Shown: one piece after another, positions 44,314 through 53,887 of the stretch
Layout: each line of letters begins with the position of its first letter
Position numbering within the stretch: position 1 is the stretch's first letter
From: an uncultured bacterium
GTDB taxonomy: Bacteria; Patescibacteriota; JABMPQ01; CAVVCK01
Reading direction: 5' to 3'
Assembly (NCBI GenBank): GCA_963746775.1
Contig: CAVVCK010000001.1
Span: 211,050 to 275,049, forward strand
DNA: 64,000 bases
Translations under genes and position numbers: made by a program
The notes under the pieces: model-generated
Seen by the model: only the letters and a program-made list of their open reading frames with translations
What the model was told of the DNA's origin: nothing
Databases searched by the model: none

Positions 44314-45288
44314 ATGACTAAAACTCAATATAAAATTTCTAATAATAACTTACCTCCGCTTATTGTTATTCTAGGACCTACCAGCTCTGGCAAAACCAGC
44401 CTTTCTTTGAAATTGGCTAAAAAGTATAATGGAGAAATTGTATCAGCTGATTCTAGACAGATTTATAGAGAAATGGATATAGCTACTGGTAAAATTAGAA
44501 TCGAGAATCATGAATCGAGAATCATGAATCAAGACATCGATAAATTTTATTATGGCGATGTAAATAGCATACCCCACTACATGATCGATATAATAAATCC
44601 TGACACAGAATATTCAGTGGCAAATTATAAAAGAGACACTCTAAAAGTAATTAATGATATTTTGAATAGAGGTAAGGTTCCTTTTCTAGTTGGTGGTACT
44701 GGATTATATATTAAGACCCTAGTTGATAATTTAAATATCCCTAAAGTGAAGTCTGATATGGCTCTAAGAAAAAAGTTAGATGCTATGAGTAAGGAAAAAT
44801 TATTTTCTATTCTTAAAAAATTAGATCCCGAGGGTGCAAGAAGAATAGATAAAAATAATAAAAGAAGACTGATTAGAGCTATCGAGATCTGTAAACAGAC
44901 TGGCCAGAAATATTCCGAACAAAATAAAAAGGGCAAACAATTATTTAATGCCCTACAAATTGGAATAAAACTGCCCAGGAAAAAACTTTATAAAAAAATT
45001 GATAAGCGCGTTGATGAAATGCTAGGGAAAGGATTAATTAATGAGACTAAAAAATTAATGAAAAAATATCCATCCAATTTACCTGCTATGTCTGGCATTG
45101 GATATAAAGAAATAGAGGAATATTTAAATAAGAAAATAACTTTAAAAGAAGCTATTCAAAAAATAAAATATAGGACTCATCAATATGTTAGGAGACAAGA
45201 TACTTGGTTTTTGAAGAATAAAAGGATCAAATGGGTAGAAAATTATAAGGAAGCTGAAAAACTAGTGAAAATATTTTCAGACAAATAA
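44314..45288 (+). CDS. miaA: tRNA dimethylallyltransferase
   Basis: GPTSSGKT, SADSRQIYREMDIATGK, VGGTGLY, IGYKE, RQDTWF. Confidence 0.97.
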   Translation: MTKTQYKISNNNLPPLIVILGPTSSGKTSLSLKLAKKYNGEIVSADSRQIYREMDIATGKIRIENHESRIMNQDIDKFYYGDVNSIPHYMIDIINPDTEYSVANYKRDTLKVINDILNRGKVPFLVGGTGLYIKTLVDNLNIPKVKSDMALRKKLDAMSKEKLFSILKKLDPEGARRIDKNNKRRLIRAIEICKQTGQKYSEQNKKGKQLFNALQIGIKLPRKKLYKKIDKRVDEMLGKGLINETKKLMKKYPSNLPAMSGIGYKEIEEYLNKKITLKEAIQKIKYRTHQYVRRQDTWFLKNKRIKWVENYKEAEKLVKIFSDK

Positions 45289-45318
45289 AAAACACAAGAC
45301 TGTAGTCTCGTGTTTTTT
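45287..45318. terminator. Bidirectional terminator between miaA and fibre paralogue 3
   Basis: AAAAAACACAAGAC-TGTA-GTCTCGTGTTTTTT. Confidence 0.8.
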
Positions 45319-45335
45319 CAATTAATCAGGAATAT

Positions 45336-46382
45336 CTACGGAAGAGGATTATCAACTGTATAACTAATTGTAACACCACCTAACCGCATATCTGCACTCG
45401 AAGCACTAAAATTTACAAATATATAATAAGAATATTGGCTATTATCAATAATGGCATTAGAAATGGAAGTAGCTGAGGCCTCTCTCCATGATCCTAAATT
45501 AGTAGTAGGAACAATAGAGGCTATTGTCTCAGTAGTACTTTTATTATTACTTCTTGCTAACGCAAAATTCATATTCTCATCTGGTACGTTATTATAATAA
45601 TCTACTGTCATCCCCGTTATAATAGCTCCATTAGGAAAATCTACAGGCGACGAAAAAGAATCATCTGTTGTACTAAGAACACCACTTGCTTTAGCATAAG
45701 TATCAGTCTCATTATTAGGTATAAAGCCATACCCGGAAACAGATAAATACCTCGTCTGTGCAGAATTATAAGAATAAGAAGCTGCAGTTATATTAGAATT
45801 ATCAGCAATTTTATCACCAGTTACAGCATCATCAGCAAGCCTAGCAGTATTTATCCCTCCATCAGCTACTGATACAATAGCATCACCAGAAGATCCATTA
45901 GATACAGAAATACCATCACCAGCTAAAACTGAAGTAATATCACCAACAGTAACTGTACTAGTATCATCACTATTATTGGCTAAGGTTAGAGTTCCAGTTA
46001 TCTGCACATCATCATTAATAATAAAAGGCATATCATCTCCCAGGCCTGGTCCATAGTTCAAACCACGAAATACACGGCCATCTATTCTGACATTATCACC
46101 AAAGGTAACAGGATTATCCACACCATCATTAGTAGTACTATTTACAATAGTACCATTAAAGAAAGTAACACCACCTGTACCCTGTTTACCAATATAAACA
46201 GAATTAAAGCGACCAGTATTATTAACTACCAACTCTTCATTGTAAGTAATACTAGAGGCAGGTTGTAATTGGCTTATGGTTGAAGTAGCTTGGTCTATTC
46301 CACTAAGTGTGGCAGCCGAAGCTGAACCTATGGTAGCCAACAAGCCCAAAGTTACTGCTATAACAAAAGCTAATTTTTTCAT
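45336..46382 (-). CDS. Secreted fibre-like protein, paralogue 3, with globular beta-rich tip
   Basis: Signal peptide (ASA); shared GKQGTGGVTFFNGTIVN..PVTFGDNVRIDG module; LADDAVTGDKIAD repeat; C-terminal FPNGAIITGM..ISY domain. Confidence 0.75.
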   Translation of the reverse strand: MKKLAFVIAVTLGLLATIGSASAATLSGIDQATSTISQLQPASSITYNEELVVNNTGRFNSVYIGKQGTGGVTFFNGTIVNSTTNDGVDNPVTFGDNVRIDGRVFRGLNYGPGLGDDMPFIINDDVQITGTLTLANNSDDTSTVTVGDITSVLAGDGISVSNGSSGDAIVSVADGGINTARLADDAVTGDKIADNSNITAASYSYNSAQTRYLSVSGYGFIPNNETDTYAKASGVLSTTDDSFSSPVDFPNGAIITGMTVDYYNNVPDENMNFALARSNNKSTTETIASIVPTTNLGSWREASATSISNAIIDNSQYSYYIFVNFSASSADMRLGGVTISYTVDNPLP

Positions 46383-46413
46383 TATTTTTTTATTTTATTA
46401 ATTAATTATTTTT

Positions 46414-46424
46414 ATTATAACACA
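46414..46424 (-). promoter_or_regulatory. Extended -10 promoter of fibre paralogue 3
   Basis: Minus strand TGTGTTATAAT about 30 nt upstream of the ATG. Confidence 0.55.
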
Positions 46425-46449
46425 TACGTATTTGAAAAGTTATCCACAA

Positions 46450-48573
46450 TTAATTTAATAAATCCTTCTTAATATTCTCTGCTACTTTAAACCCTATTAT
46501 TTTACCTAAAGTTTGATTATCAACTTTTCTTATATCAGACGGTTTTTTAATTCCAGTATTAAATAATTTTCTGGCTCTTACTCGACCAATATTTTTAATT
46601 TTAACTAATGGTAATAATTCTTCTCTAATTCCATAAAGTATCCTCGTTCTCATTTTCCGTAACTCTTTGCTCCATAAAAATCCCGGCAGCATTCTACTAA
46701 ATTCAGTGGCAGCATAGAAAAGCCAATCGAGAGTTTCAATCCTAGCTCGCAGTTCTCCCGGAGTCATCCCAAATTTCTCTAACAGAAAATCCTCTGACCT
46801 TTCATCAATCCACTCAGAAAATAATTGAGCAGTCTTAATACCTTCTAAATAATTTCCATACTCTTCAGAAAAAGTATCCGGTGCACTTTGTAGTAACCAG
46901 GGTTCTTCTTTTAGTAAAGCTTTCTCTATCCACTTCCAATCTTTTTTATTAATATGCAGCAGGGGAGAAGCCTCTACGCAACCTGACATCATATGTAGCC
47001 AAGCAAAATCAGAAATTGCTTCTCTGCTTGAAGCTTTTTGAAAATTAAATATTATATGATTAGCCGATACCGGATCAATATACAATTCTGAGACTCTCTT
47101 GCCTATTTTTGTAGGGGATAAACCTGTCTGGTCTCTACAAATAAATCCGAATTGTTCTAATTGCTCTAATATACTATCTAAATTTTCTTCAAAAGAATAC
47201 ATATCAGTCGCTTGATGAGCTAAAAATGTTTTCTCAAAAAATCCTGATAAATCTTCTCTGGTTTTTATAACTTCCCCAGCAATTAGAGCTAATACATGAG
47301 TACGCAAAATCGATGGATCCCCTAACTGAGAATTTATCTTTTCTGTTTCTCCATTGATATAATTTTCCCAAATATAATCTGTATCTCGATCATTTTTAGC
47401 CACTAAAATAGCTTGCCCTTCGCTATCATATTGAGGTCTACCCGCCCGACCACACATTTGTTCCACATCCATCACTGGAATCCAAGCCATACCATAACCC
47501 ATGCTAAATCGCTTTAGATCTCGAATTATAACTCTCGAAGCTGGTAGATTCACTCCCCAGGCTAGCGTTGGTGTCGAAACAATAATTTTTATTTTTTTAT
47601 TTTTAAAACTATCTTCTACTAATTTTTTTTGATTATATAATAATCCTGCATGATGAAAAGCTGTACCCATTCTAATACACTTAGCTAATCTTCTACATTG
47701 TTTACTAGATTTTTCTAATGATCTTTGAGCCGTTCCAGCAATCTTTTCTAATTCTTGATTTCCATCTAATTTCAAATTTTCTACTACAATTTGACCAAAC
47801 TGCTCAGCCGCACTTTCCGCATTTCTTCTTGAGGAAACAAACACTAGGGCTTGCTTACCTTGCTCGACTGTATCCTTTATTAAACCAAAAATACCTTCCT
47901 CTCTAATATTCATCGTATATTCCGGTTTGAAATCTACTACCTTACCATAAGACACACCTTTATATAATTTTACCGGTCGCCAGTCGGATTTTATTGGTTT
48001 AGCCGATAACCACGAAGCTAGCTCTTCATAATTACTAATAGTAGCAGATAGGCCCAAAACTTCTGGTGAAATTTTCTGGCGAAGTCTAGTTAAAACCATT
48101 TCTAGTGTTGCCCCTCGCCCGGAAGTGCCCAATAAATGAATTTCATCAACAATAACTAATCCGATGTCACTAATCCATTCTAACCCATGCCGCAACAGTG
48201 AATCTAGTTTCTCTGAAGTACAAATAATTAAATCAAAATTAGCTAACCAAGTTTCACCTCGATCATAATCGCCAATAGACATAGCCACTCGTAAACCAAG
48301 TGATTCATATTTTTTCTTAAAATCTTCAAATTTCTCTGAAGCTAGGGCCTTAAGGGGCATAATAAAAACAACTTTTTTGCCCCGCCGAACTGCATTCAAA
48401 GTAGCAATTTCCGCTATTAATGTTTTACCAGAAGCAGTTGAAGCTGAGACGACTTGATTCGCACTATCCAGCAAACCATTATCAACTGCTAATTGCTGCA
48501 CTGGATTAAGCTTAGCAAAACCAGATCTTTTTAATATTTCCGGAACTATATTTTCACTATCTAAATTTTGCAT
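46450..48573 (-). CDS. Archaeal-type Ski2/Hel308 DEAD/DEAH-box helicase
   Basis: LNPVQ, STASGKT, PLKALASEK, DEIH, LSAT, AFHHAGL, PTLAWGVNLP, QMCGRAGRP, and C-terminal IGRVRARKLF. Confidence 0.9.
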   Translation of the reverse strand: MQNLDSENIVPEILKRSGFAKLNPVQQLAVDNGLLDSANQVVSASTASGKTLIAEIATLNAVRRGKKVVFIMPLKALASEKFEDFKKKYESLGLRVAMSIGDYDRGETWLANFDLIICTSEKLDSLLRHGLEWISDIGLVIVDEIHLLGTSGRGATLEMVLTRLRQKISPEVLGLSATISNYEELASWLSAKPIKSDWRPVKLYKGVSYGKVVDFKPEYTMNIREEGIFGLIKDTVEQGKQALVFVSSRRNAESAAEQFGQIVVENLKLDGNQELEKIAGTAQRSLEKSSKQCRRLAKCIRMGTAFHHAGLLYNQKKLVEDSFKNKKIKIIVSTPTLAWGVNLPASRVIIRDLKRFSMGYGMAWIPVMDVEQMCGRAGRPQYDSEGQAILVAKNDRDTDYIWENYINGETEKINSQLGDPSILRTHVLALIAGEVIKTREDLSGFFEKTFLAHQATDMYSFEENLDSILEQLEQFGFICRDQTGLSPTKIGKRVSELYIDPVSANHIIFNFQKASSREAISDFAWLHMMSGCVEASPLLHINKKDWKWIEKALLKEEPWLLQSAPDTFSEEYGNYLEGIKTAQLFSEWIDERSEDFLLEKFGMTPGELRARIETLDWLFYAATEFSRMLPGFLWSKELRKMRTRILYGIREELLPLVKIKNIGRVRARKLFNTGIKKPSDIRKVDNQTLGKIIGFKVAENIKKDLLN

Positions 48574-48693
48574 AGAAAATTATATTGTAGTACCAGCCTC
48601 TCTAGACTGGCATATTTAAAAATTAAATTAAAAATCTCTTGCTAGGTTCTCATTATAACAAGAGATATAAAAATTAAAATGTTAATTACTTTA

Positions 48694-50208
48694 TTATTCA
48701 GCCAGCTTTTCCTTTAAAATTTTAGCAGCCACCGCTGGATCAGCTTTTCCTTTCGTTCCCGCCATTACCTTACCGATTAAAGCCTGAATAGCATTTCCAT
48801 TACCAGCCTTATAATCTGCTACTGGTTTTTCGTTATCACGTATAACTTTTTCAATTATTTGATCTAACTCTCCTTCATCACTTACCTGAGATAAACCTTG
48901 TTCTTCAACAACTTGCGATGGATCAGAGCCTTTCTCAAACATAATTTTTAAAACATCTTGTGCTACCTTACTGCCTATTTTATTAGTATAAAGTAGAGAG
49001 ATCAGTTCAGCAAAATTTTCCGGAGTTACTTTGCAATCGGCTATATCCTGGCCAGATTCATTTAATGAAGCTAGCAGCTTTGAAGAAAGCCAGCCAGAAA
49101 TTAATTTAGCTAATTTAAAATATTCTTCCTCAGGCATATCACTTTTTCCTTCTCTGCTTGTGTACCATTCTCTAGCTTCACTTAAAGAATTTTCAAAAAA
49201 ATCTGCTAATAAGATACTAGAAGTTAAAACCTGAACTTCTTTTTCATTTAATTTAAATTGTTCTATAAATCTTTTTTCTTTTTCTTTTGGCAATTCTGGT
49301 AAATCTTTTTTTAATTTTTCTAAATAATTTTTATTAAATTCGAAGTAGGGGAGATCTGGTTCTGGAAAATACCTATAATCTGCTGCCCCTTCTTTAGTTC
49401 TCATCTCTACTGTTTCTCTCAAGGCATCAACCCAACCTCTCGTTGCTTGCACACTTGGAATATTACCCTCTTCCCACATACCTTCTTGCCTCTTTAATTC
49501 ATAAACTAACGCCTCATAAACAGCCTTAAACGAGTTTATGTTTTTTATTTCCGTCTTTGGATATAATTTTTCTTCACCTTGCGGTCGCAGTGATATATTA
49601 GCATCGCAACGCAATTGCCCTTTTTCCATATCAGCGTTAGAAACGTTTAAATAGCGTAATAATTTTCTTAATTCTTGTAAAAATAATTTAGCCTCCTCTG
49701 GATTTCTAAAACAAGGTTTGGTAACAATTTCCATTAAAGGTACTCCGCCTCTATTATAATCAACTAGACTTTCACCATTGTTAGAGTGCATTAATTTGCC
49801 CGCATCTTCTTCTAAATGAATTCTCTCTAGCTCTAGTTTTCTGACCTTATCACCTATTTTTATTTCTAATTCTCCACCATTACAAAGTGGCATATCATAC
49901 TGGGATATCTGATAGCCTTTGGGTAAATCCGGATAAAAATAATTTTTTCTATCAAATTTAGAAATGACAATATCATCTTCATTTTTTTTAGGCTTGCCAA
50001 TACTACAACCTAACGCCTGCCCTGTCATAATAGTCCAATCAATGGCTTGTTTATTAGCTCGCGGCAGAGTTCCTGGATGACCCATGCAAATAGGACAAAT
50101 ATTTGAATTTGGTTCTGCTTCTTTATTGGCACAGCTACAAAACATTTTCGATTTTGTTTTCAGCTGCACGTGAATTTCTAGGCCTATAATTGTTTCGTAT
50201 TTTGACAT
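48694..50208 (-). CDS. gatB: Asp/Glu-tRNA amidotransferase subunit B
   Basis: IGLEIHVQL, FDRKNYFYPDLPKGYQISQ, HLEEDAGK, YRYFPEPDLP. Confidence 0.98.
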   Translation of the reverse strand: MSKYETIIGLEIHVQLKTKSKMFCSCANKEAEPNSNICPICMGHPGTLPRANKQAIDWTIMTGQALGCSIGKPKKNEDDIVISKFDRKNYFYPDLPKGYQISQYDMPLCNGGELEIKIGDKVRKLELERIHLEEDAGKLMHSNNGESLVDYNRGGVPLMEIVTKPCFRNPEEAKLFLQELRKLLRYLNVSNADMEKGQLRCDANISLRPQGEEKLYPKTEIKNINSFKAVYEALVYELKRQEGMWEEGNIPSVQATRGWVDALRETVEMRTKEGAADYRYFPEPDLPYFEFNKNYLEKLKKDLPELPKEKEKRFIEQFKLNEKEVQVLTSSILLADFFENSLSEAREWYTSREGKSDMPEEEYFKLAKLISGWLSSKLLASLNESGQDIADCKVTPENFAELISLLYTNKIGSKVAQDVLKIMFEKGSDPSQVVEEQGLSQVSDEGELDQIIEKVIRDNEKPVADYKAGNGNAIQALIGKVMAGTKGKADPAVAAKILKEKLAE

Positions 50209-50213
50209 AAAAA

Positions 50214-50774
50214 TTAATTTATTTTATTTCTTATCTCTTTAAATATTTTATTATAATTCATCTTGCTAAAATCAGTCGTATCTATTTCCAAAATATCACC
50301 GCTAATATCTAGCTTCTTGTGCTTCCCTTTTAATAAAATATCTTTAAATTCATCGTAATTTTTATTATCAACATGACCAGGATGTCTTTCTACTGACTCA
50401 GATCTCTTTTTAAACCTTTCTAATAAAACACTATCTTCTGTCATACATAACATTTGTAAAATTTGAAAATTATATTTTGCTTTTAACTCTTCAAATTTTT
50501 TATTATCAAACTTTGGCTTAAAATTACTTTCAATAATAAAAGGTATATTAACTTTTAGTAATGACTCAATTAAATAATACAAAATACCATAACTCGTCCT
50601 ACCTAATTTCTTTGACCATTCTCTGTCGCTCCAACCTAAATTATCAAATAACAATTCCTTTATGCTATCTTTATTAATAAAGGGTATATTAAATTCTTTA
50701 GCTATTTTTTCTCCCAAAGTTGTTTTGCCGGTACAAGGTGGTCCTGAAATGATTATTAAAGAAGCCTGAGACAT
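50214..50774 (-). CDS. P-loop kinase (AAA_33-like)
   Basis: SGPPCTGKTT, NKDSIKE, IIESNF, RHPGH. Confidence 0.75.
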   Translation of the reverse strand: MSQASLIIISGPPCTGKTTLGEKIAKEFNIPFINKDSIKELLFDNLGWSDREWSKKLGRTSYGILYYLIESLLKVNIPFIIESNFKPKFDNKKFEELKAKYNFQILQMLCMTEDSVLLERFKKRSESVERHPGHVDNKNYDEFKDILLKGKHKKLDISGDILEIDTTDFSKMNYNKIFKEIRNKIN

Positions 50775-50777
50775 AAA

Positions 50778-51455
50778 TTAAATTACTTTTCTAACTTCTT
50801 GCCAAACCTTTTCGTGTATATCTTTTTTACTTAATAATTTTTTATTTTCAATACAATTAATTAATTCCCAATATTTATATTTATTGCACAAGTATTTACT
50901 ATTTTTAACAACTTTTTTTTGATATTCAAAACTACTTTCATGCTTATCAATTTTTCTATTTTTATTTTCACTTGCTCGTCTTTCTAATAAATTTTTAGAA
51001 ATTTCTACTGGTACAAACAAATATATCATTAAGTCTGGTTTCGGCGATTTTAATATTTCATATTCAAATTTATTTATCCATTTTAAATATTCTTCTTTTT
51101 CTTCTTTATTATTTAATTTTGCTCCTTGATAAATTTCATTAGAAGCTACGTATCTATTAGTTAAAACTACTCTGCCTTCTTTTAAAGCTTTATCAATTTT
51201 TTCTCTATATAAAAAACGATCCAAGGCATAAGGAAAAGAAGAATAATAGGGATTTAATCTTTTGGGATCACCAAATTCTCCATATAAATATTTTTTTATA
51301 AATTTACCAAAAAAACTTTTGTATATAGGAAAATCCACTACAAAATAAGGTATTTTCTCTTTTTTAAACCTCTTTTTTAATAAATCCCATTGGGTTGTTT
51401 TACCCGAACCATCCGAGCCATCAATCACAATTAATTTTCCCTTATTCTTTTTCAT
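50778..51455 (-). CDS. tmk: Thymidylate kinase (start placed at MKKNKG)
   Basis: IDGSDGSGKTTQ, YALDR, NRYVASN, PDLMIYL; downstream of thyA-folA. Confidence 0.88.
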   Translation of the reverse strand: MKKNKGKLIVIDGSDGSGKTTQWDLLKKRFKKEKIPYFVVDFPIYKSFFGKFIKKYLYGEFGDPKRLNPYYSSFPYALDRFLYREKIDKALKEGRVVLTNRYVASNEIYQGAKLNNKEEKEEYLKWINKFEYEILKSPKPDLMIYLFVPVEISKNLLERRASENKNRKIDKHESSFEYQKKVVKNSKYLCNKYKYWELINCIENKKLLSKKDIHEKVWQEVRKVI

Positions 51456-51467
51456 TTTATTTAAATT

Positions 51468-51508
51468 TATCCGCCCAATCCGCATATTCATCCGCTTTAT
51501 CCGCGTAT
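51468..51508. repeat. ATCCGC short tandem-like repeats at the folA-tmk junction
   Basis: ATCCGC occurs four times at 9-13 nt spacing, overlapping the folA stop. Confidence 0.65.
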
Positions 51509-51973
51509 TAATTCCAAAAATTTATACTTATAATTATCATCACCAGAATCACGTTCATAAACAACTTTGTTAAATTCAGAATAATCCGGAAAATAAGTAT
51601 CAGCATCAGACACGCTAGCTTCTACCTCAGTAATATACAGTTTATCAGCATAGGGAAGTGACAATTTATAAATCTGTCCCCCACCGATTACAAAAATTTC
51701 TTCGTCCATTTTTTTTGCTTCTTTCAAAACTTTTTCCAAAGAATATCTAGTTTCACAGCCCTTAGCTTTATAATTTTTATTCAAAGTTACCACGATATTT
51801 TTTCTATCAGGCAAGGGTTTTCCAATCGACTGAAAAGTCTTCTCACCCATTACTACCGTACGACCTCTAGTTACATCCCTAAATCTTTGCATGTCTTCTG
51901 GAATATCAAAAAGCAGCTGGTTTTTCCTACCAATTTCTCTATTTTTTCCTACAGCAACAATTATACTGATCAT
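51497..51973 (-). CDS. folA: Dihydrofolate reductase
   Basis: IIVAV..IG..NQL, PEDM..F, VMGEKTF.SIGKPLPDR.N, IGGGQIY, DTYFP. Confidence 0.97.
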   Translation of the reverse strand: MISIIVAVGKNREIGRKNQLLFDIPEDMQRFRDVTRGRTVVMGEKTFQSIGKPLPDRKNIVVTLNKNYKAKGCETRYSLEKVLKEAKKMDEEIFVIGGGQIYKLSLPYADKLYITEVEASVSDADTYFPDYSEFNKVVYERDSGDDNYKYKFLELIRG

Positions 51974-52056
51974 AGATTTAATATTAGCAAAAGATTAAAC
52001 TGATTTAACAGATAAATAAAGATATTTTATTCTGTTTAATTTGCTAAATCTGCGGC

Positions 52057-52929
52057 CTATACTGCAATCTTAAATTTTATAGTCGGATAACTTTCATAAT
52101 TTAAAATCTCTGTATCATCAGCCTTCCAATCAAAAATTGAAGAAAAATTATCTGTTTTTATTTCCGGCAATGAATATTTTTCAGGATTCCGAGATAGTTG
52201 TTCTTTTAAACCATCAATATGATTTAAATAAATATGCGTATCACCCAAAAAACCTGTTAAAATTCCTTCTTCAAAACCACCCTCCAAAGCTAGCAGATGT
52301 AGGAGAGTAGCATAACTAGCAATATTAAAAGGAAGACCCAAAGCAATATCAACTGATCTCTGATTCCAAAGTAAATTTAACTTATCATTTATAACTACTA
52401 CCTGAAATCCGTAATGGCAAGGAGGCAGAGCCATTCTTTTTAAATCTAGCGGATTCCAAGCCATCACAATCATTCTGCGATCGGTAGGATTTTCTTTTAA
52501 TTTTTGAACTAAATCCCTTAACTGATCAACTCCTTTGCTCCTAGGATTTTTATCAAATGATTCATAATTTGCACCAAAATTTCTCCACTGATATCCATAA
52601 ATAGGTCCAAGCTCTCGCTCATTTGCCATTTTTTTCTTAGTTTCCTCATCAGTACCATAAGAAACCTTGTCAGGAGAACACCATTCATCCCAAATATGAT
52701 TATTCCGATCCTGAAGCCATTTCTTATCTGTAATACCTTTTATGAAAAATTCCAATTCTGAAGAAATTAAACGATAGGGTATTTTCTTAGTCGTTAACAA
52801 AGGAAAGCCCTGAGACATATCGTGTTGAAACATCATCCCCGGAATAGATATAGTACCCGTACCAGTCCGGTCTTCTTTTCTTTGCCCTTTTTCTAAAACT
52901 GTTTTGACAATACACAAATATTCCTTCAT
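52057..52929 (-). CDS. thyA: Thymidylate synthase ThyA
   Basis: DRTGTGT, FPLLTTKK, LGPIYG.QWR, MALPPCH, QRSVD..LGLPFN. Confidence 0.98.
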   Translation of the reverse strand: MKEYLCIVKTVLEKGQRKEDRTGTGTISIPGMMFQHDMSQGFPLLTTKKIPYRLISSELEFFIKGITDKKWLQDRNNHIWDEWCSPDKVSYGTDEETKKKMANERELGPIYGYQWRNFGANYESFDKNPRSKGVDQLRDLVQKLKENPTDRRMIVMAWNPLDLKRMALPPCHYGFQVVVINDKLNLLWNQRSVDIALGLPFNIASYATLLHLLALEGGFEEGILTGFLGDTHIYLNHIDGLKEQLSRNPEKYSLPEIKTDNFSSIFDWKADDTEILNYESYPTIKFKIAV

Positions 52930-53030
52930 TTTTTATTTTTATTATTCACCTAACATATATACGTATATAATTGCGTACGGCATTATACATAATTGATTTA
53001 CCCAAAAAATATTCCTGCACCCCCCCCCTC

Positions 53031-53130
53031 GTACAGATAGGTTTCAAACCTGTCTCAACTACATTTCAAACCTGTCTCAACTACATTTCAAACCTGTCTC
53101 AAGAAATACAGGTTTAATACCTGTATCTAC
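53031..53130. repeat. Inverted pair of GTAG-type REP-like palindromes with a 22-bp tandem expansion
   Basis: GTACAGATAGGTTTCAAACCTGTCTC on plus; (TTTCAAACCTGTCTCAACTACA) about 2.8 times at 53042-53102; GTAGATACAGGTATTAAACCTGTA on minus overlapping the rplA stop. Confidence 0.75.
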
Positions 53131-53807
53131 ATTTTTACACGCACCCCAGGTCCCATAGTAGAGCAGATAGTTACACCTTTAATATATACTCCTTTTGTTC
53201 TCTCTGGTTTAGCTCTATTAGCAGCTTCCATAAAAGCTTCATAATTTTCTTTTAAGGCTTTTTCATCCAAGGATACTTTACCAATCATTTGGTGTAAAAC
53301 ACCAGCTGGATCAGCTTTAAAACTTATTTTCCCAGACTTTAATTCTTTGACTGTTTTAGCCGGATTATCTGAAACAGTTTCTGATTTTGGATTAGGCATT
53401 AGCCCTTTCGTTCCTAATATTTTCCCAAGCTTTCCCAAATACCTCATCATTGAAGGTTCAGCAACAGCTACATCAAAATCAGTTTTTTCAGTTTTCTTAA
53501 TTTCTTCAATTAGACTTTCTCCACCAACAATATCAGCCCCTGCTTCTTTTACTTCTTTTTCTTTAGAACTATCAACAAAAGCAGCTATTCTAATTTTTTT
53601 GCCTGTAGAATGGGGGAGAGTTACTGTTCCTCTTACTTGTTGATCTCCTTTTTCAGAATCAATCCCTAAATTAATATGAACTTCTACTGAAGAATCAAAT
53701 TTAGTATTAGCATTTTCTTTAACAATTTTCAAAGCTTCATCAATAGAGTAGGTCGTACTCTCTATTTTCTCTTTTAATTCTTTGTATCTCTTACTTCTTC
53801 TTCTCAT
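53127..53807 (-). CDS. rplA: 50S ribosomal protein L1
   Basis: KFDSSVEV, VRGTVTLPH, LGTKGLMPNPK, STMGPG. Confidence 0.98.
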   Translation of the reverse strand: MRRRSKRYKELKEKIESTTYSIDEALKIVKENANTKFDSSVEVHINLGIDSEKGDQQVRGTVTLPHSTGKKIRIAAFVDSSKEKEVKEAGADIVGGESLIEEIKKTEKTDFDVAVAEPSMMRYLGKLGKILGTKGLMPNPKSETVSDNPAKTVKELKSGKISFKADPAGVLHQMIGKVSLDEKALKENYEAFMEAANRAKPERTKGVYIKGVTICSTMGPGVRVKM

Positions 53808-53820
53808 TTTTTTATTCCTT

Positions 53821-53862
53821 TAGTGGTATTAGCGTTCTAATTGACATACTAGAACTCCCACT
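53821..53862 (-). promoter_or_regulatory. L1-binding autoregulatory RNA leader of rplA
   Basis: Minus strand AGTGG-GAG-TTCTAG..loop..TTAGAA-CGCTAATA-CCACT directly before AAGGA and ATG; two helices around an asymmetric loop as in L1 sites. Confidence 0.75.
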
Positions 53863-53887
53863 CATTAATTTAATATTATATTTATTC

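Noticed and set aside
46440-46448. Perfect DnaA box TTATCCACA as a sign of oriC
   Set aside because: It is a single box in a 67-bp gap, with no cluster, no dnaA, and no switch in gene strand bias.
53042-53102. Possible CRISPR array
   Set aside because: The 22-bp units are directly tandem with no unique spacers, and no cas genes are in the window.
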